A stretch of 64,000 nucleotides of DNA from Candidatus Poribacteria bacterium (GTDB lineage: Bacteria; Poribacteria; WGA-4E; WGA-3G). Below the pieces are notes generated by a model, which had not been told where the DNA came from, searched no databases, and was given only the letters and a program-made list of their open reading frames with translations. Made by a program: the position numbers and the translations under genes. Location: assembly GCA_965232545.1 (NCBI GenBank), contig OZ246979.1, forward strand, positions 4,002,481-4,066,480, read 5' to 3'. Shown here one piece after another: positions 50,620 to 61,103 of this stretch (positions are counted from its first letter, which is position 1; the number at the start of each line of letters is the position of its first letter).

Positions 50620-52227
50620 ATGAAGAAACGATACATGGCTTTGAGTGCCATTCTCATAATATCTGTCGTCTTTGTCTCCTGTGAACGAACGCAGCAGATG
50701 TTGAAACCCGTGGCCGACGACACAACGCCGACCGATGAAATGATGGAGATGCTAACGATCACCGAAGCCCATCACGCCTGGGCGCATGTGATGCTGCCTG
50801 TCCCTGGCGCACTCGATACGGCGGCAGATGCCTCTGAAACGGGTGAAGTCCACGGCAAAGGCAGCCGAACCGTCTATATCAACGCTGTCGGTGCTGCGGC
50901 GAACCAAGCGGGGACACCGTATCCCGCGGGTACGATTATCGTCAAAGAAATCATGGATGACACCAACACGTTCGTTGCCAAAACCGCAACCATGCTGAAA
51001 TCCGATGATCCGATGTATGCTGCCCACAACGGCTGGATTTACAAGAAATATGCCCGTGCGTCTGCGTCTGTCGCGTATATGCAGGTGAAAGGCTCGAACC
51101 TCGAAGATGCCGCCAACGGCTGCCACGGCTGCCACGTCAGAGCGGAAAACGATTCTGTGTTCGTCTCGCTCTCTATGGACACGGCTGTGATGCCGGAAGC
51201 GATCTCTATCGGTGTGATCGTCGCCGAGACGGGTCAATATGTCCAAGCCTATGGTGCGTCGATGCGACAGGGATTCGCGTTGGCGCGCGATGAAATTAAC
51301 GCCACGCAGCCCTCACATCCGCTGAACTTGGTCGTCGTAGACGATAGGAGCACGCTTGAAGGCACCGTTGCTGCCGTTGAGCAGTTGGTTGCCCAAGACG
51401 TGCCAGCGATTGTCGGGGTCGCCGTCTCAACGCATCTCAAGGCAGCGTTCCCGATCGCACAGGAAAACGGTGTTGTCGCCTTTTCTTCGCTCTCGGCAGC
51501 TGCGGGGCTGAGCAGTATCGGGGATTACGTCTTTCGTGTCGGACTCGCCACAGATAGACTCCTGCCTGCCGGGGTTACGGCAACACATGCGAAACTCGGC
51601 TACGAGAACCCCGCGGCGATTTATGATGCCATCGATGTCTATTCGACGAGTAGCCACGCAGAGATGAAAAAAGCACTCGCAGCCGTGGGGCTGACGTCCG
51701 TCATCGAGGAGACGTTTGAAACCGGGGATACCGATTTCACACAACAGTTGACGCGGATCAAGGATCAGAAGGCAGACGCCCTCTTTATCTCTGCGCTCTC
51801 CCTGGAAACCTCTGAGATCCTCCGGCAGGCACGCGCCCTAGGGATCACGGCTGCCATTATCCTGCCGGATCTCGGGGTCGTCGAGATTCAGAAAGCCGGT
51901 GCTGCTGCCGAGGGGGTTATCACCTTCACAGGCTGGTCGCCGGACGCACAGACACCCGGCAACGCAGCTTTCATCGAAAACTATATGGCGACGTACGGGC
52001 AGGCTCCCGACGCGTGGGCGGCACAATCCTATGCGACGCTCTATATTCTCAATACTGCTATTGAAAACGCAGCTGCCACCGATGCCGCCGCCATTCGAGA
52101 CGCACTCGCGGAGACACTGGCGGTGCCAACGATCCTAGGCGATTTCTCCTTCGACACAAACGGTGAAGCCGTCTATGACCCGATCCTACAGATCGCCAGA
52201 GACGGTGAACTCCAGATTTTAGAATAA
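50620..52227 (+). CDS. Lipoprotein fusing a cytochrome P460-like domain to a LivJ-like substrate-binding domain
   Basis: YPAGTIIVKE, GW.Y, CHGCH, then SIGVI...DFTQQL..AAQSY. Confidence 0.85.
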   Translation: MKKRYMALSAILIISVVFVSCERTQQMLKPVADDTTPTDEMMEMLTITEAHHAWAHVMLPVPGALDTAADASETGEVHGKGSRTVYINAVGAAANQAGTPYPAGTIIVKEIMDDTNTFVAKTATMLKSDDPMYAAHNGWIYKKYARASASVAYMQVKGSNLEDAANGCHGCHVRAENDSVFVSLSMDTAVMPEAISIGVIVAETGQYVQAYGASMRQGFALARDEINATQPSHPLNLVVVDDRSTLEGTVAAVEQLVAQDVPAIVGVAVSTHLKAAFPIAQENGVVAFSSLSAAAGLSSIGDYVFRVGLATDRLLPAGVTATHAKLGYENPAAIYDAIDVYSTSSHAEMKKALAAVGLTSVIEETFETGDTDFTQQLTRIKDQKADALFISALSLETSEILRQARALGITAAIILPDLGVVEIQKAGAAAEGVITFTGWSPDAQTPGNAAFIENYMATYGQAPDAWAAQSYATLYILNTAIENAAATDAAAIRDALAETLAVPTILGDFSFDTNGEAVYDPILQIARDGELQILE

Positions 52228-52367
52228 GGGGCGGGGGTGCGAAAACCGATGGGCATCGTCTGCGTCTTTGGGTAGGATCACATAAGGATGCAGACATGCC
52301 ACCTACATTTTATTTCGCAGAAGGCGTTGAAAAAGTAATGAAGTGCCAAAAATAGGAGATATTTACG

Positions 52368-53663
52368 ATGAAGCGTTCAGATTTTATACAAAGGCGTGTC
52401 GATGGGCAATTAATAAATCCATTCATCGGCATCGTACTTTTCTTCGTTATTGCGGTCTGCCTATTTCCAGGCTGTAGTGACCTTCGGCAACCTGTTCTCT
52501 CTGCCGTGTCAGACGGCAGGACTCAAGATGGCACGGTGGGTTTTTCGGGTCGCGTTCTGGGATTAGAGGGAGAGGCAATTGCAGGACTCTCGTTAGCGAT
52601 TCAACCTGTCATGTTTGCTGATGATGCAGATGAGGTAGAGTGGATAGAACCCTTAGAAACAGAGACCGACGCGGAGGGGGCTTTTTCTTTCATCGGCATT
52701 ACCCCGGGGCACGTTCAATTAATATTACCCTTTGATATAGAGACGGAGAAGCAATTTTACGTTGAACCCGAAGATGAGATCCTCTCCATCAAAATAGGGG
52801 CGGTAACTTACCATCAGGAGCCACCCTACACGTTTGGTGGCATCACCTTTACGATCACGCCCGGGGTGCACATCCAAAATGTTGAGGTTTTAGTGCGTCC
52901 GCGTATGCGGATTCGGGGACGTATCGTGTTCAACGACGGTGCCCCACTCGCAGACGCAGCCATTGGCATAAGTGTGAGGCAAAGGGATCTCGATGGCAGC
53001 GGCGGTGGACATTCAAGTGGGGGTACGCAGACAGATGCCGATGGAACCTTCACGGAGTATGTTTCTGGAGACGGTCTGTATACCGTTACCGTCGCATATC
53101 AAGACCTTTCTGTCTCGTCGGAGCCGTTTCTGCTCAACGCCGGGGAACGACGCGAAAATCTCCTGTTGATGTTTGAGAGTCCACCGATTCCACCCGTGGC
53201 GGAAGATGTAGAAACACCGACACCGCCGGCCTTCGACCGCAGAGGGGTCTGGGTCGTCAACCCTGAAAATGGACACGCCTACAAAGAGGTTTATGTTGAT
53301 GGACCTGAGGAAGCAAAAGCCTTGGCAACTGCAGAAAATGCCTATCTCGTCTCTATTAACGACGAGAGGGAACAGCGGTGGCTTGAAGGACTTTTTGACC
53401 CCGACCCCTTTTGGATCGGGCTGAGTGATGTTGAAACCGAGGGACACTGGCAATGGGAGAGTGGCGAACCTGTCACATACACCAACTGGAGCCGCAACCC
53501 AATCTTTCCCGATGACCTTGATGATGCCGAAAAAGATTATGTCGTCAAGACTTTTACGGGAGAATGGCAGGCTGTTGGCACTGAAAGTCCGTTCTGGCGG
53601 ATTACGCGTAGAGCCATTCTTGAAGCCGATGCGTTACCTGCCGAAGCACTCCCAGCGGAGTAA
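52368..53663 (+). CDS. Lipoprotein with carboxypeptidase-regulatory-like and C-type lectin-like domains
   Basis: NGHAY, LVSIND, WIGLSD, GHWQWESGEPVTYTNW. Confidence 0.85.
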   Translation: MKRSDFIQRRVDGQLINPFIGIVLFFVIAVCLFPGCSDLRQPVLSAVSDGRTQDGTVGFSGRVLGLEGEAIAGLSLAIQPVMFADDADEVEWIEPLETETDAEGAFSFIGITPGHVQLILPFDIETEKQFYVEPEDEILSIKIGAVTYHQEPPYTFGGITFTITPGVHIQNVEVLVRPRMRIRGRIVFNDGAPLADAAIGISVRQRDLDGSGGGHSSGGTQTDADGTFTEYVSGDGLYTVTVAYQDLSVSSEPFLLNAGERRENLLLMFESPPIPPVAEDVETPTPPAFDRRGVWVVNPENGHAYKEVYVDGPEEAKALATAENAYLVSINDEREQRWLEGLFDPDPFWIGLSDVETEGHWQWESGEPVTYTNWSRNPIFPDDLDDAEKDYVVKTFTGEWQAVGTESPFWRITRRAILEADALPAEALPAE

Positions 53664-53811
53664 ACGCGGCACTCCTGAGTTTGCCCGAAAATGTGCAGCG
53701 TCGTGATATTTTTCAACAAAACCGTCCATAAATTGAACGCCGAAAACCAGATATCCGACAAAAGTGGCGAAAAAATCCGTTTATAGTAGTGTTTTGGGCT
53801 TGAATTGCTTT

Positions 53812-53827
53812 TGGCACGAAATTTGCT
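53812..53827 (+). promoter_or_regulatory. Sigma54 -24/-12 promoter
   Basis: TGGCAC-GAAAT-TTGCT upstream of 53902. Confidence 0.75.
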
Positions 53828-53901
53828 TTGGGTTCAATAGAACCGTCACAAACGGTGATTGATTATGAGTATGCCAACTGTTGAACTATGGGAGGGTTGC
53901 C

Positions 53902-56238
53902 ATGAAAGCGCGCACCACTCTTTTCAGACGAAGTTTGCACGTCTCTATTGCCCTGATGAACATTGTTTGTCTTCCATGTCTCGCGTTTGCGATTCAGCCC
54001 ATCGGGTCCATCGGAGCACCGATACCCGAACAACACGCTTTTCTTTCCAATGAACGCCTTGTGCGTGTCGTGCCAACACACATCCAGATTCTTAACCCAT
54101 ACACAAACGAAATTATTGATGAATTCGGGGAACGCCTACTCTACCCAACACATGTCAGCGATGTGTTCATCAGCCCAACAGCCGAACATCTGGCAATCCT
54201 AAACTATTCCATTGATTCAAGGATAACAACGATAAATATCTGGGATGTCAAAGCCCGTGATCAGGTATCGCAATGGGAGATCCGAGCCCGGATAGATGTT
54301 GCGACATTCAGTCGCAGCGACGCTTTGTTAGCCCTCTCTTTTAACGACGAGATTCATCTGTGGAACTGGCAAATCGGTGCGTTTCGAGGAAAGATGCTCG
54401 GTGAACGCCGCCGCTTCAACCGATGCCATTCGAGTCGCGGGGGTGGGACAACCTGCACATCGATCGCTCGGGATTATGCGTCGGTTTTCAGTCGAGAGGG
54501 TCGCTACCTCTTCGTCGCCTCAAATCGTTCAGATGTTGAGTTGTGGAATGTTAAGACACGCCAATTAGAAGGACATTTTCAAGGACACACCGGTGCCTGG
54601 GTTGAAGATGTGGTGATCAGTCCCGACGGAAGACGGCTTGCGACGTTTGAGAGAGATTGGAATGAGATTTATGTTTGGGATATAGAAACACAACGCCTCT
54701 TATGGCAAGAAGAAAGTGGTATTGGACGCATTGCGGATATGGTCTTCAGTCGAGACTCTCAACACCTCTATGTCGCTTCACGGACGGGGACACTACGCTG
54801 GAGGGGTCAGGATCATTGGGAAGGTTGGGATGATCATATCCGTGTCTGGGATGTCGAATCCGGAAAACAGATGGATACCTTCGGCGACGATTTTTATCAC
54901 TGCGAGACCCTCGCCGTTTCGCCAAACGGCAAAACGATGCTCCTACACTATGAGGATGCCGTCGTCTTCTGGGATCTTCAAAGCAAGCGGTCCTTGAACG
55001 TTTGGGCGGATTTCGTCTACGGGTGGGACGAGCAGCTGAGTCCCGATGGGCGAACCTTTGTCTCTGTCTCTCGATATTTTATGAAGACCTGGGATGTGCC
55101 TTCAGGAAAAATGCGCACACTCACTTCAGCGGAGGGTAACCTTTTTCGCGAATTCTCCATCTCTGCCGACGGTGAAAAAATCGCTATCGGTCGAGACCCT
55201 TGGATCGAAATCCGTAATACCCTCACAGGTGCTGTTGAAAACCGATTTCAGTATAACTCTGGATATTCTGACATTGCCTTCAGTTCAACCGGGAGATGGG
55301 TCGCCGCCCGTGGATACAACTCCATTTTCCTCTTCGATCTCGAAAACCCAGAGAAACTTCAGAGACTCACGACAGAAGATGGCCCCGAGATCGACATCAG
55401 TTCACACTTTACGTTCAGTGAAAACGACGCATATCTCGCCGCCACCACCCGCACGTATACCCACAACGTCTGGCAATATTGGTGTCTGTTGTGGAAACGC
55501 CATGGAGAGACGTTCAACTTTGAATACGCCTGGAAACTCCCCAAACTCTACAGCGATGCAAAACTCGCTTTCGCCGCTGATGCCGAGGGGTCAGCCGTGC
55601 TGGCAGTCCCCAACGCCAAAGAAACCCAGATATGGAAACTGCTCCCAGAGCACCCCGAACTGCTCACAACGCTCGATACAGGCACACCTGCCCACTTCAC
55701 ACCAGACGGACGGCATCTCTTTGCCGCCCGCGAGTGGCACCTCGACATTTGGCAATGGCAGCGAAACAGACGACTTGACACCCCTTCTATCGAAAACTAT
55801 TTTGCCCTGAGTCGAGACGCAACACTTCTGCTTTCATACGCAGAAACAGGAGAAATCCATATCTGGGACGCCCAGGCACTCCTACCCGCAGAAACCGTCA
55901 GTGTTCACCCCAACGCGAAGCAGCTTCTCACATTCGGGGCGGTAAAACAGAATCAACTCTTACAAAACTTTCCCAATCCCTTCAACCCAGAAACCTGGAT
56001 CCCATTCCGACTCGCAGACGAGAGCTCTGTCACGATAGACATCTACGCACCCACAGGGCATTTCGTCCGTCGCCTCTCACTCGGAAGAATGCCCGCGGGT
56101 GACTATACTTCGCAAGACAAAGCCGTTTACTGGGATGGACGCAACCAGACCGGTGAACCCGTCAGCAGCGGTATCTATCTCTACACCCTCACTGCTAAAA
56201 ACTTCTCGGCAACCCAGAAAATGTTAATCCGAAAATAA
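53902..56238 (+). CDS. WD40 protein with FlgD/T9SS-like CTD
   Basis: GGAGG RBS; WD repeats; NFPNPFNPETW. Confidence 0.9.
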   Translation: MKARTTLFRRSLHVSIALMNIVCLPCLAFAIQPIGSIGAPIPEQHAFLSNERLVRVVPTHIQILNPYTNEIIDEFGERLLYPTHVSDVFISPTAEHLAILNYSIDSRITTINIWDVKARDQVSQWEIRARIDVATFSRSDALLALSFNDEIHLWNWQIGAFRGKMLGERRRFNRCHSSRGGGTTCTSIARDYASVFSREGRYLFVASNRSDVELWNVKTRQLEGHFQGHTGAWVEDVVISPDGRRLATFERDWNEIYVWDIETQRLLWQEESGIGRIADMVFSRDSQHLYVASRTGTLRWRGQDHWEGWDDHIRVWDVESGKQMDTFGDDFYHCETLAVSPNGKTMLLHYEDAVVFWDLQSKRSLNVWADFVYGWDEQLSPDGRTFVSVSRYFMKTWDVPSGKMRTLTSAEGNLFREFSISADGEKIAIGRDPWIEIRNTLTGAVENRFQYNSGYSDIAFSSTGRWVAARGYNSIFLFDLENPEKLQRLTTEDGPEIDISSHFTFSENDAYLAATTRTYTHNVWQYWCLLWKRHGETFNFEYAWKLPKLYSDAKLAFAADAEGSAVLAVPNAKETQIWKLLPEHPELLTTLDTGTPAHFTPDGRHLFAAREWHLDIWQWQRNRRLDTPSIENYFALSRDATLLLSYAETGEIHIWDAQALLPAETVSVHPNAKQLLTFGAVKQNQLLQNFPNPFNPETWIPFRLADESSVTIDIYAPTGHFVRRLSLGRMPAGDYTSQDKAVYWDGRNQTGEPVSSGIYLYTLTAKNFSATQKMLIRK

Positions 56239-56323
56239 TGTCAACTTATCGGAAAGGAAAAAATTGGATGATGTTGAAAACAATCGTTCAAAAAGTGTCG
56301 CGATCTTTGAGATATGGTTGACT

Positions 56324-56441
56324 TATAGTAAAATCCAAAAATATGTTTACAGTTCGTCAGTGAACAAGAGCCCACCGCCGCTGGCGAGGTTTCTAACCTC
56401 GCCCTTGCGTTGGTGTATAAGTAATTACGGGTTTTACTATA
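56324..56441. mobile_element. MITE family A copy
   Basis: TATAGTAAAATCC...GGGTTTTACTATA; internal GGCGAGG/CCTCGCC hairpin as at 9146. Confidence 0.8.
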
Positions 56442-56512
56442 ATATGGTCTTACGTGATTTAACGAATGTTTTTTCTAAGCGTTCCATATTTTCCTTTCTG
56501 CTAATTCTCTGC

Positions 56513-56541
56513 TTGACAGCTATCCAAGAATTTGCTACAAT
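56513..56541 (+). promoter_or_regulatory. Sigma70 promoter, probably the native promoter of gene 58095
   Basis: TTGACA-17-TACAAT just before the IS insertion site. Confidence 0.6.
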
Positions 56542-56675
56542 TGACATAAATCAAGGGAATTGTCAGTTTTGGAATCCCAATCCTTTAGGTTTGGGAGGAA
56601 AAACCGCCCTCTTGGAAAGGACCAAAGCGTTGATTTTTTCCTTGACACTGGGTCCGAAATTGTAGTATAATGAAA

Positions 56676-56757
56676 GTATCAGGTTGGCAGACATAATCAG
56701 CGTTACCGCTTGGTAACGTGTCTGCCTCCCACTGATTAGGGGATAAATACCTGATAC
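56676..56757 (+). ncRNA. Pseudoknotted 5' leader RNA of tnpB
   Basis: Four helices plus a 7-bp loop-loop pairing, directly after TTGACA-18-TATAAT (56642-56671). Confidence 0.65.
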
Positions 56758-56767
56758 CTGATAGTCC

Positions 56768-58060
56768 ATGAGATTAACATTTATATATCCTATGTATCCG
56801 ACACAGGCAGAAGAAAGAATATTAGAAAAGTGGTTGGCACACCTTTGCGACCTTCAGAACTCCGCTCGCCACGATAGACTCGTTGCGTCCGAGACGGAAG
56901 GCGTTTTTGTGTCGCTCTCTGACCAGCAGACCCTTCTCACCGCAGCGCGTGAGAAATATGATGACTTCCGCGAAGTTCCCCAAGATTTTCAGAACCATGC
57001 GCTCCGCAGAAACGATAAAGCGTTTACGGCTTTCCGTAAACGTTGTAAAGCGGGTGCAGCGAAAAAAGGTTACCCTCGCTATAAAACGCGTGTGCGTTCT
57101 CTGACATGGAGTCTCCGCAAATATACCAAAGTCGTTGGTAAAAAGACGAAAGACACTGAAAAACAGACGATACGCGTTCGTGAGAACCCAATCATAGAAA
57201 CCGAGTTTAGGCACAACCGCTTGAAAGTGCCGAAGTTAGGCGAACTCAAGATACGCATGCATCGCCCGCTTGAAGGTGACCCGAAAGAAGTTACGATCGT
57301 CAAAAAAGCCTCGGGGTGGTATGCACATATCACCTGTGAGTTGCCAGATACTCCAAAGGTTGAACCGACGGACGCTATTGCTGTAGATGTGGGAACGACC
57401 CATTATTTGACAACTTCTGAAGGTGAAACAGAAGATAATCCTCGCTGGTATCGCCAAGCAGAAGGACTTACACGGAAACACTCTAAAGACCTTTCGCGTA
57501 AGAAAAAAGGCAGCCAGCGTTGGCGAAAACAACACCAGAAACTCGCAGTGCATCATGAACGAACTGCCAATAAACGCAAAGACTTTATCGGGAAACTTGT
57601 TTACAAACTCTACCACCACCGAGAAAACAATGTGTTAGTGGCAGAGAACTTGCGCGTATCTAACATGGTAAAGAACAAACACCTTAGCAAGAGCATTGCC
57701 GATGCGTCTTGGGGTATCTTCTTTAAGTGGTGTGCAGACATAGCCGAAAGAGACGGTCTGCACTTCCACCAAGTTGATCCCAAGAATACCTCGCAGACTT
57801 GCTCCTGCTGCGGTAAGAAATCGCAAAAGAAACTTTCTCTTGCGATACGAACCTTTAATTGTCAGTCTTGTGGCACGTCTTTAGACCGAGACCATAACGC
57901 TGCATTAAACATACTCTTACGGGCGGCTTGCGCCCATCGTGGAGAGCGGTGGGTTACCACCCTCACTGAAACGAGAAACAAGAACGAAGCACGAGACGCG
58001 GGCTTTGGGAATGCTAAACAATTGTTGTTTAGCGATCTCTTAACAAGCCCAAGTCTTTAG
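56768..58060 (+). CDS. tnpB: RNA-guided endonuclease TnpB
   Basis: RuvC IAVDVG, VAENL, DRDHNAA intact; CSCC/CQSC zinc finger. Confidence 0.95.
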   Translation: MRLTFIYPMYPTQAEERILEKWLAHLCDLQNSARHDRLVASETEGVFVSLSDQQTLLTAAREKYDDFREVPQDFQNHALRRNDKAFTAFRKRCKAGAAKKGYPRYKTRVRSLTWSLRKYTKVVGKKTKDTEKQTIRVRENPIIETEFRHNRLKVPKLGELKIRMHRPLEGDPKEVTIVKKASGWYAHITCELPDTPKVEPTDAIAVDVGTTHYLTTSEGETEDNPRWYRQAEGLTRKHSKDLSRKKKGSQRWRKQHQKLAVHHERTANKRKDFIGKLVYKLYHHRENNVLVAENLRVSNMVKNKHLSKSIADASWGIFFKWCADIAERDGLHFHQVDPKNTSQTCSCCGKKSQKKLSLAIRTFNCQSCGTSLDRDHNAALNILLRAACAHRGERWVTTLTETRNKNEARDAGFGNAKQLLFSDLLTSPSL

Positions 58061-58094
58061 GCTTGGGTACATTGACCGCGAGGAGGCTTGACAA

Positions 58095-58880
58095 ATGAGA
58101 TTGATGATAATCGGAACTGTCTTACTCTGTTGCCTGTTACCTATGGCAACGCGGGCAGAATTGCCCCTTGATGATCTTGCCCTCTATATGTCTTTTGATG
58201 ACATTCAAGGCAATAAGGTTACGGACGGTTCAGAACACGGCAATCACGGAACGATTATGAAAGCATCCCTTGCAAAGGGCAAAGGTAAATATGGCAATGC
58301 CATGGAATTCAAAGGCGGAGATAACCATGTGCTGATTAAAAGCTCTAAATCACTCTCAATTGCCGATGAAGTCACAATTTCCGCCTGGGTTAATTGGAAC
58401 GATGCCCCCGGCAATGGTTGGTTGTGTGTGATGGCAAACGGGGCACAAGGTGGACCCTGGGAGAATTACGGACTCTTTGTCAACCGTGGTGCTCGCTACT
58501 TTTACTTTACACTTTCTGTCGGTGGCGAGGGTGCCCATAAGGTGATGAATTCTGGCAACGGTACGACCGAACCTGAGAAATGGACGCATTGTGTCTGTGT
58601 CTATGATGGCAAAAATGCCAAAATCTATATTGATGGCGATCTGGCAAATTCAGCACCTCATGGGGGCAAATTAATTGCTGGAGAGCAGGATTTGAGGCTC
58701 GGTCATCGGGGTGGCAGCGGGCACTGGTACAACGGTTTGCTTGATGAGATCGCAGTGTTTTCGGTCGCTTTAGATGAGGATCAGGTGAAAGAGGCAAGCG
58801 GTAACATTGATGAGGCACTTGATGTTCAGGCGCGTGGAAAACTCGCAACCGTCTGGGGCAAAGTGAAAGCGGAACGGTAG
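58095..58880 (+). CDS. Secreted LamG/concanavalin-like protein with GKLATVWGKVK tail
   Basis: GAGGAGG RBS; SFDD..G..V.DGS, WTH...YDG, GLLDEIAVF. Confidence 0.92.
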   Translation: MRLMIIGTVLLCCLLPMATRAELPLDDLALYMSFDDIQGNKVTDGSEHGNHGTIMKASLAKGKGKYGNAMEFKGGDNHVLIKSSKSLSIADEVTISAWVNWNDAPGNGWLCVMANGAQGGPWENYGLFVNRGARYFYFTLSVGGEGAHKVMNSGNGTTEPEKWTHCVCVYDGKNAKIYIDGDLANSAPHGGKLIAGEQDLRLGHRGGSGHWYNGLLDEIAVFSVALDEDQVKEASGNIDEALDVQARGKLATVWGKVKAER

Positions 58881-58979
58881 TCTAACATCTTAAGTGTTGT
58901 TTGTGTTTCTTGTATGGTTGTAGTTGGAACAGTTTCTAATTCAAAAAGTAGGCGTGATGGGGCTCGACAGAGGTTTCCG

Positions 58980-59825
58980 ATGTGGTACCTGCTCCATTTC
59001 GCCTTTGTTTTTGTCTACCTTTCCTGTTCCGAAGAGGAAGCATCCGAACCGCCTGAAGGCATGGTTCTGATTCCCGCAGGCACCTTTCAGATGGGAAGTA
59101 CCACAGGAGATGTTGATGAGGTGCCAGTACACGCTGTGGAACTTGACGCTTTTTACATTGACCAATATGAAGTAACGAACGCCGAATATCAAGCGTTCGT
59201 CGCTGCCACGGGACACCCTGCTCCACGCGGAATTGGCTATACAGCTGTCTATGAACTTCTCAAGCACGGTTACGAACCGTGGAATGACCCAGATTTTAAT
59301 CACCCAAACCAACCCGTCACAACGGTAACATGGTTTGATGCGGTTGCCTACTGTGAATGGGTAGGCAAACGGTTACCGACGGAGGCGGAATGGGAGAAAG
59401 CGTCGCGCGGTGGCTTGGAAGGCGCACGCTATCCATGGGGAGATACCGAACCCAATAACGCAAGTGCCAACTTTGCTGACAGCCAAACAGAATTTGAATG
59501 GCGGAGTGCCAATATAAACGACGGATTTCTTTTTCCCGCGCCTGTTGGAACGTTTCCTCCCAACGGTTACGGTTTGTATGATATGGCAGGGAATGTCTGG
59601 GAATGGTGTGAGGATTGGTACAGTCCAACCTACTACAGCGATAGACAAGATGTTGAAGGTCCGCTCAGGAATCCGAAGGGACCTGATACCGGTGAACGCC
59701 GCGTCTTACGGGGCGGAACGTGGTATCGTGCTGCGCACACGATTCGCAATGCCGAACGCATTAGCGATTATCCGGACAATAGCCTAAACGTTGTTGGATT
59801 TCGATGTGCCATGGATGCCCCTTGA
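58980..59825 (+). CDS. Formylglycine-generating enzyme (SUMF1) domain lipoprotein
   Basis: GTFQMGS, YEVTN, RLPTEAEWEKA, GNVWEW, GFRC. Confidence 0.92.
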   Translation: MWYLLHFAFVFVYLSCSEEEASEPPEGMVLIPAGTFQMGSTTGDVDEVPVHAVELDAFYIDQYEVTNAEYQAFVAATGHPAPRGIGYTAVYELLKHGYEPWNDPDFNHPNQPVTTVTWFDAVAYCEWVGKRLPTEAEWEKASRGGLEGARYPWGDTEPNNASANFADSQTEFEWRSANINDGFLFPAPVGTFPPNGYGLYDMAGNVWEWCEDWYSPTYYSDRQDVEGPLRNPKGPDTGERRVLRGGTWYRAAHTIRNAERISDYPDNSLNVVGFRCAMDAP

Positions 59826-59866
59826 CTGTTCCGTGCCCTGAAGGGTCAAGATGCTTTTGTTCCTTA

Positions 59867-59986
59867 CAGGACTTACGCATGATGCTCTTTTGTAGCATAA
59901 CCCGTTAGGTTGTGCCCGAGAACATCTGTGTTTTTTAGTTGATTCATGCGATCTGCATTCCGAACCGCACCGGATTTTACATAAAT
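59867..59986. mobile_element. Partial MITE family B abutting a family A copy
   Basis: CAGGACTTACGCA, GCTCTTTTGTAGCAT shared with 32735. Confidence 0.6.
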
Positions 59987-60115
59987 TATAGTAAAATCCG
60001 AAAATAAGTTTACATTTTGGGAAACCCGCGCCCTGCTTCCTGCCCGCTGTAGGAGGGAACTCCGATTCCCGACTCTTCTCCTATGGGTGTATAAGTAATT
60101 ACAGGTTCTACTATA
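59987..60115. mobile_element. MITE family A copy with GTAG-REP cargo
   Basis: TATAGTAAAATCC...AGGTTCTACTATA; GTAGGAGGGAACTCCGATTCCCGAC. Confidence 0.75.
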
Positions 60116-60168
60116 ACGGAATTAGTCGTTTTGGACTTGGAAGTTTTGATTTTTTTACATTTCTCCGC

Positions 60169-60990
60169 TCATACCTTCGGTGAGAAACTTCGCGAAGATA
60201 TTTTCATCAAGGATGGGACCCCAGTCTTCCAAAATATCCACCTTCCCATCGGAGTCGGCAGGTTTTGCAACTCGTTCGTGATACCGGAACCGTCGAGGTT
60301 CGCACTCTGGATTCTCCCACGCGAGTTCGTCCAGTAGAGTTTACTTCCCGCAATATCAACAGCGATCCCCATCGGGACAGCCAGGATTGAGGCAAGTTCC
60401 GTAACCCCTGACCCGTCAAGGTTCGCAGCGTTGATCGTGCCACCCCTCTCACCCGTCGCTTCTGTCCAGTAGACTTTTCCGCCACCGACGGCGAGGTTCT
60501 GTGCGGTATCTACACTCGGTGCGAATCTTTGGACGGTCGCACCGATCCATTGCATCCGCGCTACCCTGCACCCCCAACGCCAGCACGCATACCATCAGCA
60601 CGCCGAGCACAAATCGGTTTCTGAAAAATAAATTCTGCATTGAAAAAAACCTCTCTTTTTCTATGGCAGTCAGTTGGCATCGTTGCAGTATGTACAGGGG
60701 CAACTAACTTCGTAAGATCAAGGGTTGTTATCGTTGCAAAGGGTGCACCCGTGTCTTCAGTCCCATCCTGAACAACGATTTGCCCGTCCTTATCATAAAT
60801 AGTGAATATGAACCGCTTATGGAACTCCTTGTCTATTAAGACGTACTCGGCAAATTTAAGCGTGAACGTCAAATCACTGTCTGCGCCAATACGACCATCC
60901 TCCTGTAATCCAGGATGCGCCAATTGCAAACCATCGGCATGACTTACATCGCCGGTCATGTCAAGGGACACGCCAAATTCAGCCAGGGAA
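60169..60990 (-). pseudogene. Mosaic remnants of secreted proteins (signal peptide, YWTD-like repeats)
   Basis: KVYWTE, KLYWTN..IQSANLDGS in broken frames; orphan signal peptide MQNLFFRNRFVLG. Confidence 0.6.
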
Positions 60991-61103
60991 GATCGGTGGG
61001 GTTGGAAAGCAAGCGTGGAAGTGTGAGCGGGTGCGGGTGCGAGCGCGCAGGGGTTGACGAAAGCGGGGGCTTCGGGCCCCCGCGTCTTATAGGGATATGC
61101 GCG

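Larger units (their letters stand above)
56555..58076 (+). mobile_element. IS200/IS605-family tnpB-only (IS1341-like) element
   Basis: Left-end hairpin with GAAT guide after TCAA; right-end hairpin with CAAG guide ending TGAC; no tnpA. Confidence 0.9.

Noticed and set aside
24421-59825. Other TGA stops (24423, 28307, 39268, 41191, 59825) as Sec codons
   Set aside because: Proteins look complete, with no Cys-motif context or domain-like continuation
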